This document shows, piece by piece, positions 52,779 to 61,949 of a stretch of 64,000 nucleotides of DNA (position 1 is its first letter; each line of letters opens with the position of its first letter). Under the pieces are notes generated by a model that saw nothing but the letters and a program-made list of their open reading frames with translations, ran no database searches and was not told the DNA's origin. The DNA comes from an uncultured Clostridia bacterium (lineage in GTDB: Bacteria; Bacillota; Clostridia; UMGS1883): assembly GCA_934476455.1 (NCBI GenBank), contig CAKSNY010000005.1, positions 31,455 through 95,454 on the forward strand, in the 5' to 3' direction. A program made the translations under genes and the position numbers.

Positions 52779-55700
52779 TTATTCAGTGACTGAATCGTAC
52801 AGTCTGCGTATAACTGCCGCTGCCTGCGCCCGTGTAAGCGTTTCCTTCGGGCAAAATGTTCCGTCCGGCATACCGTTTAAAAGCTTAAGCCCTGCTGCTG
52901 CCTTTACATCCTCCGCTGCCCATGCGCTTATATTTTCATCATCGTTAAAGCCGGCAGATTCAGCCGCCGCGCTCTTTCCTGCGGCACGGTATGTGCGCAT
53001 AAGCATTGCCGCCATTTCCTCACGCGTTACGCTGTCATTCGGGCGGAAGCTTTCGCCGTTTTGCACTATGCCGTTTTTAACAGCCGCCTTAAGTGCGCCC
53101 GTATACCATGCGTCGGGCGCTGTGTCGTTAAAGCTGTAGTCGGCTTCTCCGCTTTGGCGTGCGGAGCGCACCAGGAGAGCAACAAGCTCTGCACGGGTAA
53201 CGCCGCTTTCAGGCTCGAAAAGCTCCTTCGTTTTGCCGTTTACAATTCCCTTATTGTATAGGTAGGAAATATCCTCCTCTGCCCAATGTCCTTTAACGTC
53301 TGAAAAAGCAGTTTTTGCGCTGTTTATATCATCATTTTTTACGATTGACGGGCTGTAGCTTGTGCTTCCGCCGCCACCGCCGCCACCGCCCTGCGGCGGT
53401 GTGTAAACCGTTATCGCGTTAATTCTTAATATAAGGGCGTCCTTTCTCGGGCACTCGGGAAGAAGGGCTGCCGCCTCTCTCGCCTGTGCAATCAGTGCAG
53501 CCGTTCTTCCTGTTTCAGCCTCTGTGCACTTTGTAAGCGCATCGTTATAAATATCCGTTATATCCGTTATCACCACATCGTCAAGGTAAAAGCTGCCGTT
53601 CATTTTAAAGCCAAGCGTAAGCGTTCCGCTGCCCGGGCGGGCAAAATCTCCGTTAAACAAAGTCCATACGGAGGACGCAACGCTTTTATCGGAAATAATT
53701 TTTTCGCCGTTTTGCGTTTGCACTACATTTAAAACTCCGCCGTTTTCCTTCATTACATATCCCGACAAATGGTAAATATGGTCCTGCCTTATATAATCGT
53801 TTTCCAAAAGCGCTTCGGCTGAAACTGCGTAGCAGTTTTCTCCGCCGTGGCTTTTTTCACTTGTAACAGTGCCGCCCGTCCATTTTTGGTTTGAACCCTC
53901 AAATCCGGGGTTATCCGCCAAATTTGAAAGCTTTAAAACGGTTATGTCAAAGCTTATCTCCTTTGTTATTTCGCCCAGTGTAAGGGTGGCGGTAAGCCTT
54001 GCGTTTTTATTTTCAAACGCGTTTTGTGTAACCTCGCCCGTGTTTGAAATTACGCTTGTATCGGTGCTGTTCCATAAAACGTTTACGCTGTACGCCGCAT
54101 TTTCATATGTAACGGGAATATTATTTGCAAGCGGTTTCAAATTCTTTGTGACAGAGGTCTGTGCCTCGTCCGAAATGCTTTGCCATGTAATTTGTGCCGC
54201 AGCTGTATTAACTATTGCTTCTTCGTTTAAATACTCGCCCACTGCAACGGTTTTTCTTGCCGATTTTACAACCCCGTCATACTCGGCTACAGCTAAAAGC
54301 GTAAAGTCTCCTGTATCTGCGTTTTCGTCTATTGTTAAAAATTCACCGTCAACCGCCACGCCGCGCTGTGCGTTTTCGGCGTGCCATTCTACGCTTGCCG
54401 AAACGGTGCTTTCGCTGCGGTCGTACGATATTGCCGAAAGCTTAACGCGTTTTGTTCCGCTTTGCGGCTTTCTGAAAGAATCGGGGCATTTTATTTCAAC
54501 ACGGTTTAAAGAGTTAAACGTAATCGTTACATTATCTATATAGTAGGCAGGCTCTACACTGTTTCCGCTGTCAAAAATCCAGAAGGTGAAATCCTCGTCC
54601 GCATTGCAGATTTTTGTGTACGAAAGCGTTACCCATTCGCCGCTTTTTGCCGTTACCTCCGAAAGCTTTGTACCGTTTGCGTCCGAGCTTAGCATAAAGG
54701 TATGATTTTCACGCCCGTCCGGCAGCCTTAAATCTGCCGAAATTGTGTATCTTCTTCCTTTTTTAAGGCGAACCGTCTGCTGTATTCCCTGGTATCTTCC
54801 GCTTCTTCCGCTTATATACACGCCGTAGCTGTTGTCCTTTCCCTCGCCGGGCATTCTTCTTGCGGTTGCCCAGTTGGCATACCAGCTGCCCTTTGTTGTT
54901 CCTCTGTCTATAACGTCGCTTCCGTCAAAGCTTTGTTCAAAATCGCCGTTTATTATAAGTTCGTCACGCGCGCTTGTTATAAGGTTAAACGTTTTCGACG
55001 CGCTTGCCCCGTCATACTTTGCCGTTGCGGTAAGCGTTACGCGGTGTATTTGTGAATCGCTTGCCAAAAGTGTGCCGTCGTTTTTTATTATTGTTTCATC
55101 GGACGACTGCCACTCTATCACAGCGCCGTAACGCCCTACGGTGCGAAGCGAAAGATTTTTTGTAATTGCCTCTAAGCTTTCATCCGTAACGTCTGTGTTT
55201 GAAAGCGCTGCAATTTCTTTTTCCACAATTGATTGGGGCGAAATATACGGCGTTACCGAAATTTCTTTTGTCTGTGTTTTAGCTGTTCCCAAATCCGTTA
55301 CCTTAACGGTAAGCGTTATTGTTTTTGCGCTGCTTTCCTCCGTTACAAACCCTTCGTGGATATTAAGCACGCCGTTTTCTATGCTTACGCCGGCATTTTC
55401 CGCTTCTTCATCCACAGACCACTGCACTGCGCAGTCTGTTATGTCGCTGTTTCCATATCTTACGTTTACACTGTAATTTTCACTTTTTGCACCGCTTTGC
55501 GGCATAATCGCGCTGTCGGCGCCCAAAATATCAACCGTGCAATCCTTTATGTAATCGCTTGTTACGGTGTATTCGTCAAGGTAAAACGTGTTTTGCACAC
55601 CGGAGGCGTCTATTATCATAAATCTAAAGCCTGTCAGTTCGCTGCTCGGTATATACTTAACCTCTGCCCGCGTCCACTGTCCGCTCTTTGCGCTCACGCT

Positions 55701-56891
55701 TCCGAGCCGCCTGTAGCTTTCGCTCGGAAGTACAATATTCATCGTATGGTCTGCATCGCCGTCGGGCAGACGAATGTAAAAGAAAAATTTATACGGTATG
55801 CCCTTTTTAAGGTTCACCCTTTGCATAACCGACATTGAGTTTGCATTTCTTCCCGAAATTTTAAGGTAGTAGTCTCCGCGCCGTGCCGCTATGCTCTCGT
55901 TTGACATAACGCGTGTAACCGTACCCGGCGACCACCAGCCCTCCCATGTTTCGCCCAGGGCGCCGAGTTCGTTTTCAAACGAGCCGTTTATACACAGGTT
56001 TGCTGCGGGGTCTGTAACCTCCTGTGCTGAGAAAGGCTCTATTATTACAGCCTTTGTCTGCTTTTTGGAAGCTCCGAAGTCCGTTGCCTCTACGCTTACA
56101 TAAACGGTTTTTTCGCCGCTTTCCTCGGTTACAAAGCCCTCGGGAACGTTAAGCGTGCCGTCTTCTATGCTTACGCCCGCGTTTTCCGCACCTTCATCCA
56201 CAGACCACGAAATATCATATCCCTCGGGCGCGTCCGCACCCTTGTACTTAACGCTTTTTGTATAGTCCATTGTCAAATCGCCCGAAAGCGGCATTTTCAC
56301 AATCTCATCGCCGGAAATGCTTATCACGCAGTCGTTTATGTATTCGCTTGTAACGATGTAGTCGTCCATATAGTACGCACTTAAAACAGGTGTGGAAGCA
56401 TCCATCAGCATAAGCTTAAACCCCGTCTTGTCCTCTGCCGGGGTATATTTTCCTGTCGCTTCAACCCATTCGCCGCTTTTAAGCGTCACGGTGCAAATCT
56501 CTTTGTAGCTTTCCGAAGGAATTACAAGCTTCATACTCTTTTCCTCCGCACCGTCCGGAAGGCGCAGCTTTATGCTGAATTTATACTCTATTCCCTTCTT
56601 CAGGTCAACTGGCTGCTCCAGCCCCTGGTAGGCTGCGCTTCTGTCTGCAACATAAACGCCGTAACTTCCGCCGAAGCCCTCGCCCTCTTTTCTTGTGGCG
56701 CTTGCCCAGTTGGCATACCAGCCGCCCTTCGTTTCACCGCGCGGGATATAGTTTGCCCCGTCAAACGTTTCTTCAAAGGAGCCGTTTGTTATCAGGTTTT
56801 TCGGATTTGCGGCAAGCGCGCCGTGCACTGCCGCAAAAGAAAGCAGCCCTGCAAGCGCTGCCGTCTTCACCGCAAAAAATCTTTTTCCCAT
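52779..56891 (-). CDS. Giant secreted protein (about 1370 aa): 4 CBM4/9/22-like jelly-roll modules interleaved with Ig-like modules, a Gly8 linker and 3 C-terminal SLH repeats.
   Basis: ATG 56891 lies 8 nt after GGAGGG and gives MGKRFFAVKTAALAGLLSFAAVHGALA. CBM-type openings recur: NLITNGSFEE, NLCINGSFEN, ELIINGDFEQ, NLADNPGFEG. The SLH repeats are FSDVKGHWAEEDISYLYNKGIVNG...VTRAELVALL, FNDTAPDAWYTGALKAAVKNGIV...VTREEMAAML and FNDDENISAWAAEDVKAAAGLKLLNG...LTRAQAAAVI. Confidence 0.85.
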   Translation of the reverse strand: MGKRFFAVKTAALAGLLSFAAVHGALAANPKNLITNGSFEETFDGANYIPRGETKGGWYANWASATRKEGEGFGGSYGVYVADRSAAYQGLEQPVDLKKGIEYKFSIKLRLPDGAEEKSMKLVIPSESYKEICTVTLKSGEWVEATGKYTPAEDKTGFKLMLMDASTPVLSAYYMDDYIVTSEYINDCVISISGDEIVKMPLSGDLTMDYTKSVKYKGADAPEGYDISWSVDEGAENAGVSIEDGTLNVPEGFVTEESGEKTVYVSVEATDFGASKKQTKAVIIEPFSAQEVTDPAANLCINGSFENELGALGETWEGWWSPGTVTRVMSNESIAARRGDYYLKISGRNANSMSVMQRVNLKKGIPYKFFFYIRLPDGDADHTMNIVLPSESYRRLGSVSAKSGQWTRAEVKYIPSSELTGFRFMIIDASGVQNTFYLDEYTVTSDYIKDCTVDILGADSAIMPQSGAKSENYSVNVRYGNSDITDCAVQWSVDEEAENAGVSIENGVLNIHEGFVTEESSAKTITLTVKVTDLGTAKTQTKEISVTPYISPQSIVEKEIAALSNTDVTDESLEAITKNLSLRTVGRYGAVIEWQSSDETIIKNDGTLLASDSQIHRVTLTATAKYDGASASKTFNLITSARDELIINGDFEQSFDGSDVIDRGTTKGSWYANWATARRMPGEGKDNSYGVYISGRSGRYQGIQQTVRLKKGRRYTISADLRLPDGRENHTFMLSSDANGTKLSEVTAKSGEWVTLSYTKICNADEDFTFWIFDSGNSVEPAYYIDNVTITFNSLNRVEIKCPDSFRKPQSGTKRVKLSAISYDRSESTVSASVEWHAENAQRGVAVDGEFLTIDENADTGDFTLLAVAEYDGVVKSARKTVAVGEYLNEEAIVNTAAAQITWQSISDEAQTSVTKNLKPLANNIPVTYENAAYSVNVLWNSTDTSVISNTGEVTQNAFENKNARLTATLTLGEITKEISFDITVLKLSNLADNPGFEGSNQKWTGGTVTSEKSHGGENCYAVSAEALLENDYIRQDHIYHLSGYVMKENGGVLNVVQTQNGEKIISDKSVASSVWTLFNGDFARPGSGTLTLGFKMNGSFYLDDVVITDITDIYNDALTKCTEAETGRTAALIAQAREAAALLPECPRKDALILRINAITVYTPPQGGGGGGGGSTSYSPSIVKNDDINSAKTAFSDVKGHWAEEDISYLYNKGIVNGKTKELFEPESGVTRAELVALLVRSARQSGEADYSFNDTAPDAWYTGALKAAVKNGIVQNGESFRPNDSVTREEMAAMLMRTYRAAGKSAAAESAGFNDDENISAWAAEDVKAAAGLKLLNGMPDGTFCPKETLTRAQAAAVIRRLYDSVTE

Positions 56892-56971
56892 TACGTTGTC
56901 CCTCCATACTTTTCTATGGTTATATGTTACCACCGTTTTACTTATCGTGATAGAGGTTCATTTTTACATTT

Positions 56972-57021
56972 GGTTTAAATAGCGGTTTTTTGAGGTTTAA
57001 ATTTATACATAGGGGTTTAAA
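56972..57021. repeat. Three direct GGTTTAAA repeats in the divergent control region of locus B.
   Basis: GGTTTAAA occurs at 56972-56979, 56994-57001 and 57014-57021, with spacings of 22 and 20 bp. The repeats lie between the giant-gene start (56891) and the DMT/regulator promoter. Confidence 0.5.
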
Positions 57022-57110
57022 ATCCGCACCCTCAGTTTTTTCTTTTCGCGCGCCTTATATATATAATAGGTTCAAAATGCTGCAAGTGCGTTTCTGCAAA
57101 ATTTTGGTAA

Positions 57111-57139
57111 TTGACTTATTGAAACCCGGATGTTAAAAT
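57111..57139 (+). promoter_or_regulatory. Promoter for the DMT-regulator operon.
   Basis: TTGACT (57111-57116), N17, TAAAAT (57134-57139). Confidence 0.6.
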
Positions 57140-57173
57140 TGTAGTATCGAATTTTATGTTTGGAGAATTTATT

Positions 57174-58103
57174 ATGCACACAAAAAAAGCGCCGGCATAC
57201 CTGGCGTCTGTAATTCGTTCGGCAATATACGGCAGCTCTGTTCTTTTTACGGGACGGCTGCTTCAAACCGTAGACGGTTTTGATGTTCTGGCTCTCAGAT
57301 TTTTTATTACCGCGGCGGCGTTTCTTATATTGGGGGCATTTAAGGTTGTGGACCTCGGCTTTTTGAAAAAGAAAGAGGTTTTACTGCTTATTCCCACGGC
57401 TCTTTTCGAGCCTGTGCTTTATTTTATTTTTGAAACGTTCGGCATAGCCGGCACCACGGCTATTGTTGCGGGGCTGATATTTGCCACAACCTCGGTTTTT
57501 ACAATGCTTTTTGAAACGCTTATTTTAGGCGAGCGTACAACGTCTTTGCAAAAAGGGTTTATGTTTTTGCGTATTTCAGGCGCCGTAATTGTTGTTTTCG
57601 CGGCGGGCGGCGGCGGAAAAAACACCGTTTTCGGTGTTGTATGCGCGTTTATGGCTGCGATAAGCGGGGCGCTTTTTTGCGTATTTTCCAGAAAATCGTC
57701 CGAAAACTTCGGTTCTATGGAAATTACGTGTTTTACCTCATTTTCGGGCTTTATCGTTTTTAATGCCATAAATGTTTGCCGCCATATATCAGGCGGCACG
57801 CTGCACGGCTATTTTTCGCCCCTTTTTGACCGCGAGCTTATCGTAGGATTTTTGTTTTTAAGCCTGCTTTCCTCAATATTGGCAACAGCGCTTAACAATT
57901 TTTCGTTCTCGCGTATTCAGGCGTCGCTTGTGTCTGCCCTGGGCGGTCTTTCAACGGTGTTTACTATGGCGCTGGGCGTTTTTGTAAACGGAGAAAAGCT
58001 TGGGCTTCTCCATTTAATAAGCGCGGCGCTGCTTATCCTGGGCGGTGTGGGAATGAATATGGTTCCCGATGCAAACTCCAAAGATAAAGAGGTGGCTGTA
58101 TGA
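57174..58103 (+). CDS. EamA/DMT-superfamily membrane transporter.
   Basis: About 309 aa and 10 TM, with two EamA-like halves. ATG 57174 lies 9 nt after GGAG (the ORF track gives 57156). Its stop overlaps the regulator's start (ATGA at 58100-58103). Confidence 0.75.
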   Translation: MHTKKAPAYLASVIRSAIYGSSVLFTGRLLQTVDGFDVLALRFFITAAAFLILGAFKVVDLGFLKKKEVLLLIPTALFEPVLYFIFETFGIAGTTAIVAGLIFATTSVFTMLFETLILGERTTSLQKGFMFLRISGAVIVVFAAGGGGKNTVFGVVCAFMAAISGALFCVFSRKSSENFGSMEITCFTSFSGFIVFNAINVCRHISGGTLHGYFSPLFDRELIVGFLFLSLLSSILATALNNFSFSRIQASLVSALGGLSTVFTMALGVFVNGEKLGLLHLISAALLILGGVGMNMVPDANSKDKEVAV

Positions 58104-60385
58104 AAAACTTAAAGCTGAAAAATTCAAAATATCTGACAGGGCTTTTCAAGGTTATTTCCGTTTCGACAGTTGTTCTTATAGCTATTTTGTCCACCATATT
58201 TTACATAAGCGCGCAGCACTATATAGAACGCGCATTGTATAATTCTTTTTTCGACGAATTTAAAAGAACGGAATCCGTGCTCGAAAGCCTGACAGAGGAT
58301 ATGCGCACACACCTTACCTATCTTCAGCAAACCGCGCAGGTTCAAACGCTTATGAATTCCGAAGAAATTTCGCGTTCGGCAGAGCGCTCGGCGCTCAGCG
58401 TGCTTTCGGCATACCGAAATTCAAACTCCATTATTCATTCGATATACGTATACAACAGCCGCCTTGACCGTTACTATATCGCAGGCAGCCAAAACCGCAC
58501 ACATAATAATAAAGATTTTTACGACAGCGAAATAACGGATATTATAAAAGGCGGCACCATAACGGATTTTTCGCAGTCTGTTTCGCGCAGTATTCCGGAG
58601 GACGAGTATTCCCCCGACAAAAAAATAAACGTGTTTACGTATATTCTGCCCGAAAACTATTCGCAAAGTCAGTATGAAAAAAGCTATATTGTAATTAACG
58701 TGCTTACGGAGGATATACTTAAGTTTTTGTTTAACAATTCTCACGACTCGCAGTCGCAAATGTTTTTCTACGACAGCGAAAAAAGCGCCGTTATTTCATA
58801 CGAGGGGCAAAACTCTTACAAAAAAATCGGCGATAAAATATCAAAAAAGGCAGAAAAAAGCGGCTATTTCATATATCGGCAGTCACACGGCGAAAAATAC
58901 CTTGTAATGTATCAAATGCTGCAATCGCCCGAGTGGGCGCTCGTAAACCTTACGCCGTATTCCACCGTTTCCGAGCAGATAGACCGCTTCCGTATTACCA
59001 CGCTTATTATTCTTTTGACAATGCTTGCCGTAACGCTTCTTTTTTGTTTTTACACCTCCAAAACGGTTTACAAGCCCATAAGCAGCGTTTTTGAAAAAAT
59101 ACAGAAAATGACGGCGGATTACTCGCGCAGCAGCTTCAGCGATATATCAGACTCTGTCGACGCCCTGCGCGACGAAATGGCACACCTTAACAGCTTCAGG
59201 CAAAAAAATTCTTATATAATAAAAAACGAAACGTTAAAAAGCTTTATTTTTACGGACAGTGAAAGCGAAATACCGGTGCTTAATTCCGTAAAGGATAACA
59301 CTGAATCCGTCGCGCTTGTGCTTTTTAAGATTGACGGCTATAACGACTATACGGAAAAATACTCCTATTCGGACCGTATGCTTTACAAATACTCTTTTAT
59401 AAATATTATAGAGGAGCTTGTGGGCGAGCATTTTAAATGCGATTTTATAGACGTATCGGACGAAGCAATTACAGGAATTGTAAAATGCGACCCCAAAAAA
59501 GACAAATCTGCTTTAAAAACCGCTTTTCTTCGTATAAAACAAGCTATAGAGGTTAATTTCGGCATTACGCTTTCCTGCTTTGTAAGCACAAAGGTTAATC
59601 TTCCGTCCAACCTTTCGGATATTTACGAAAATCTTTACGGGATTTCGCTTTACCGCTTCCATTACGGCAAGGGCTGTATACTGTTTTCCGATTCCTTCGA
59701 CGAGGCGGCGTTTGCCCCGTCACCGCTTAACACAGACGATATTAAGCCGCTGAGCAACGAAATACGTCTTCATCATTACGAGCAGAGCCTAAGCGCGCTT
59801 AAGGGCATTATTAAGCAAATATATTCCCTAAACTACACAGCCGCAAAAATTTCTGTATATCATTTGTTTATTGAAATTTTTTCCGCGCTTACCTCCATTG
59901 AAAAAAACTTTAACCATTCGCTTGAAATTAACTACACGATGATGTTTGACAAAATAACCAATCAAACGGAAACGCTTTACGAAATCGAAACCGAGCTTGT
60001 AACGCTTTTAGACTGCGCCTTCAACGCAATTAACGTTAAAAAAGCAAACAAGGTACATTACATTATAGAAAGCGTGTGCGACTATGTTGCAAATAACTAC
60101 AGCAATGTAAATTTGTGTTCCACTATGATTGCCGATTCCATAAAGCTTTCAACACGTTACCTTACAAAAATCTTTTCGGAAAATATGTCGGTATCTTTGC
60201 CGAATTACATTACAAATTACAGGATAGAAAAATCGAAAGAGCTTCTTTTAAATACCGACCTGTCCGTTAAAGAAATCGTCGAGCGTATCGGCTGGATAAA
60301 CCTTAAATATTTTTACACAATATTCAAAAAAACAACCGGCGTAACGCCGGGCGATTTCCGCTCCTCGGGCGGAAAGGAAAAATAA
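58100..60385 (+). CDS. Membrane-spanning AraC-family one-component regulator (YesS-like, 761 aa). Paralog in architecture to 13290-15533.
   Basis: TM segments are VISVSTVVLIAILSTIFYISA and ITTLIILLTMLAVTLLFCFYT. The C-terminal AraC HTH is YSNVNLCSTMIADSIKLSTRYLTKIFSE...YRIEKSKELLLNTDLSVKEIVERIGWINLKYFYTIFKKTTGVTPGDFR. Confidence 0.85.
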   Translation: MKNLKLKNSKYLTGLFKVISVSTVVLIAILSTIFYISAQHYIERALYNSFFDEFKRTESVLESLTEDMRTHLTYLQQTAQVQTLMNSEEISRSAERSALSVLSAYRNSNSIIHSIYVYNSRLDRYYIAGSQNRTHNNKDFYDSEITDIIKGGTITDFSQSVSRSIPEDEYSPDKKINVFTYILPENYSQSQYEKSYIVINVLTEDILKFLFNNSHDSQSQMFFYDSEKSAVISYEGQNSYKKIGDKISKKAEKSGYFIYRQSHGEKYLVMYQMLQSPEWALVNLTPYSTVSEQIDRFRITTLIILLTMLAVTLLFCFYTSKTVYKPISSVFEKIQKMTADYSRSSFSDISDSVDALRDEMAHLNSFRQKNSYIIKNETLKSFIFTDSESEIPVLNSVKDNTESVALVLFKIDGYNDYTEKYSYSDRMLYKYSFINIIEELVGEHFKCDFIDVSDEAITGIVKCDPKKDKSALKTAFLRIKQAIEVNFGITLSCFVSTKVNLPSNLSDIYENLYGISLYRFHYGKGCILFSDSFDEAAFAPSPLNTDDIKPLSNEIRLHHYEQSLSALKGIIKQIYSLNYTAAKISVYHLFIEIFSALTSIEKNFNHSLEINYTMMFDKITNQTETLYEIETELVTLLDCAFNAINVKKANKVHYIIESVCDYVANNYSNVNLCSTMIADSIKLSTRYLTKIFSENMSVSLPNYITNYRIEKSKELLLNTDLSVKEIVERIGWINLKYFYTIFKKTTGVTPGDFRSSGGKEK

Positions 60386-60584
60386 AAAGGCGGCGCGGAA
60401 ATTAACCACAGCCCAGTAAAGAAGTATTGCCCTGATAAACATTTTTTACGAATTTCTGTTTTTAAAAAGGCTCAAAATCCGATAGGATTACTCGTTTTTT
60501 TGCCTTAAAATTCATCAAAAATTATTGTTTACAGGTTTCAAAGCGGTTTTGAAGGTCGGAGTTTAAGATTTAGACAAGAAAAAA

Positions 60585-60618
60585 GGCACCGTAACTTTGT
60601 GTATACGGTGCCTTTTTT
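60585..60618. terminator. Bidirectional rho-independent terminator.
   Basis: Stem GGCACCGTA (60585-60593) pairs with TACGGTGCC (60604-60612). It is flanked by AAAAAA and TTTTTT. Confidence 0.8.
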
Positions 60619-60661
60619 ACAAAGTACAAACTTAAAATACGGTTTCAAAACCAATGCTTCT

Positions 60662-61552
60662 TTATCGGATTGCGGCTTTATCCGCGCCGCTTTTTGTTTT
60701 TACAAGTTCATTCAATACTTGTTCTACAATCTTTGGATACCTTTCGTATGAAAATTTACGCGCAAACATCTTATTTGAATTTTTTAATATTTCGTAATAT
60801 CCTTCATCAATTATTGGGGGAGAACTGCCGTGACGACTCCAATCAATATAATGTTGCCCATATCCTGTAACATTTTTGCAAAACGAAGAATTGTATGCGA
60901 GTGTTTGAAGGAAGATTTCATCTGCACATCTTGTAAAAGAATATCTTTTTTTTATTTCTTTTTCATTTCTCACAACATACCTAGCAAGAGCGTCCGTTAT
61001 ACTGAAATAGACGCTCCCTTTCATATAAATCATATCGTCAATTCTTCTTTTGCCCTTTATTACACAAATTACTCTTGATAACAGCTTCCCTATTCCAAAT
61101 TTATCCATTATATTTCTTCCTAATATGTTAAATCTAAAATAGTAACCGTCTATTCGATTTAAAAAGTTTTTACTTTTATTTGCAACATTATCATATCCTA
61201 TAAACTCTTTTCCGGAGTTTTCTTCAAAATATTTATGAATTTCACTTATTGGTTTTATAGGGAGATCCGCACCTGTAATCAAATGGTAATAATCATAATT
61301 TTTTTCACTTATAGCCTTTTTTAGAAGCTGAATTTCACAATTTATCTGCGAATAACCTCCCCAGTAACAATTCCTGCGTTCAATAAAATAAAGTTTCGAT
61401 TTCGTTGTTAATAATCCGAGCATATCAATCGTTATTTTGCTTTTTTTATCCCAATGTATAAAAATATCATTGTTATAATCATCAAGTGCACATACAAGTC
61501 GTCTTAATAATTCAGGTTCGTTATGTGCCATTATTAAATATGCGTGGTTCAT
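60662..61552 (-). CDS. GT14-type (core-2/I-branching, 'Branch' domain) glycosyltransferase.
   Basis: The N-terminus is MNHAYLIMAHNEPELLRRLVCALDDYNNDIFIHWDKKS, and later motifs include WGGYSQINCEIQLLKKA, GADLPIKP and GSVYFSIT, typical of bacterial Branch-domain enzymes. The gene is visibly AT-rich. Confidence 0.65.
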   Translation of the reverse strand: MNHAYLIMAHNEPELLRRLVCALDDYNNDIFIHWDKKSKITIDMLGLLTTKSKLYFIERRNCYWGGYSQINCEIQLLKKAISEKNYDYYHLITGADLPIKPISEIHKYFEENSGKEFIGYDNVANKSKNFLNRIDGYYFRFNILGRNIMDKFGIGKLLSRVICVIKGKRRIDDMIYMKGSVYFSITDALARYVVRNEKEIKKRYSFTRCADEIFLQTLAYNSSFCKNVTGYGQHYIDWSRHGSSPPIIDEGYYEILKNSNKMFARKFSYERYPKIVEQVLNELVKTKSGADKAAIR

Positions 61553-61622
61553 TTGCTTTTAACCCCTACTATAATATTACTATAATTCAATATTATCAGT
61601 AGATTATTAGTATGTCAACCAT

Positions 61623-61644
61623 TTTTACTAATTTTATAGTAAAA
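61623..61644. promoter_or_regulatory. Inverted repeat (candidate XRE operator) in the GT14/XRE divergent region.
   Basis: TTTTACTA, N6, TAGTAAAA. Nearby is a tandem TACTATAAT-AT-TACTATAAT at 61567-61586. Confidence 0.45.
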
Positions 61645-61670
61645 TCATAAATTATAGGGGGATTATTACT

Positions 61671-61949
61671 ATGAATAGAATTAGAAATTTGCGTGAAGAT
61701 AAAGATTTGCGCCAAATAGATGTTTCAAAATCAACCGGGATAGATCAGAAAACACTCTCAAACTATGAAACCGGAAAAACGAACCCTGACAGCTATGCCA
61801 TTATTAAGCTTGCCGACTTTTTCTCGGTATCAACTGATTTCCTATTAGGTTGCAGCGATATCAATGTAAAAAATAACGCGGATATATTAAAGCATATTAC
61901 GCGAATTGAAGCGGAGCTTTCCTATATAAAAAAACTCTTTATAAAATAA
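61671..61949 (+). CDS. XRE-family HTH transcriptional regulator (92 aa).
   Basis: IRNLREDKDLRQIDVSKSTGIDQKTLSNYETGKTNPDSYAIIKLADFFSVSTDFLLG. Confidence 0.85.
   Translation: MNRIRNLREDKDLRQIDVSKSTGIDQKTLSNYETGKTNPDSYAIIKLADFFSVSTDFLLGCSDINVKNNADILKHITRIEAELSYIKKLFIK

Noticed and set aside
53367-53390. A Gly8-encoding tract (GGA GGC GGC GGT GGC GGC GGT GGC on the coding strand) considered as a phase-variation repeat.
   Set aside because: It is an imperfect 9-bp duplication in frame, not a homopolymer or a unit that could shift the frame. It most likely just encodes a flexible linker before the SLH anchor.
53869-55838. Long plus-strand ORFs (224, 201 and 111 aa). Similar ones lie opposite other big minus-strand genes: 39456-40055, 31532-32236, 20129-20761, 42443-43033, 18094-18606 and 62436-62912.
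   Set aside because: All are antisense to well-supported coding regions. Their composition is low-complexity Ser/Phe/Cys-rich, and they have no RBS or family motifs. These are typical shadow ORFs.
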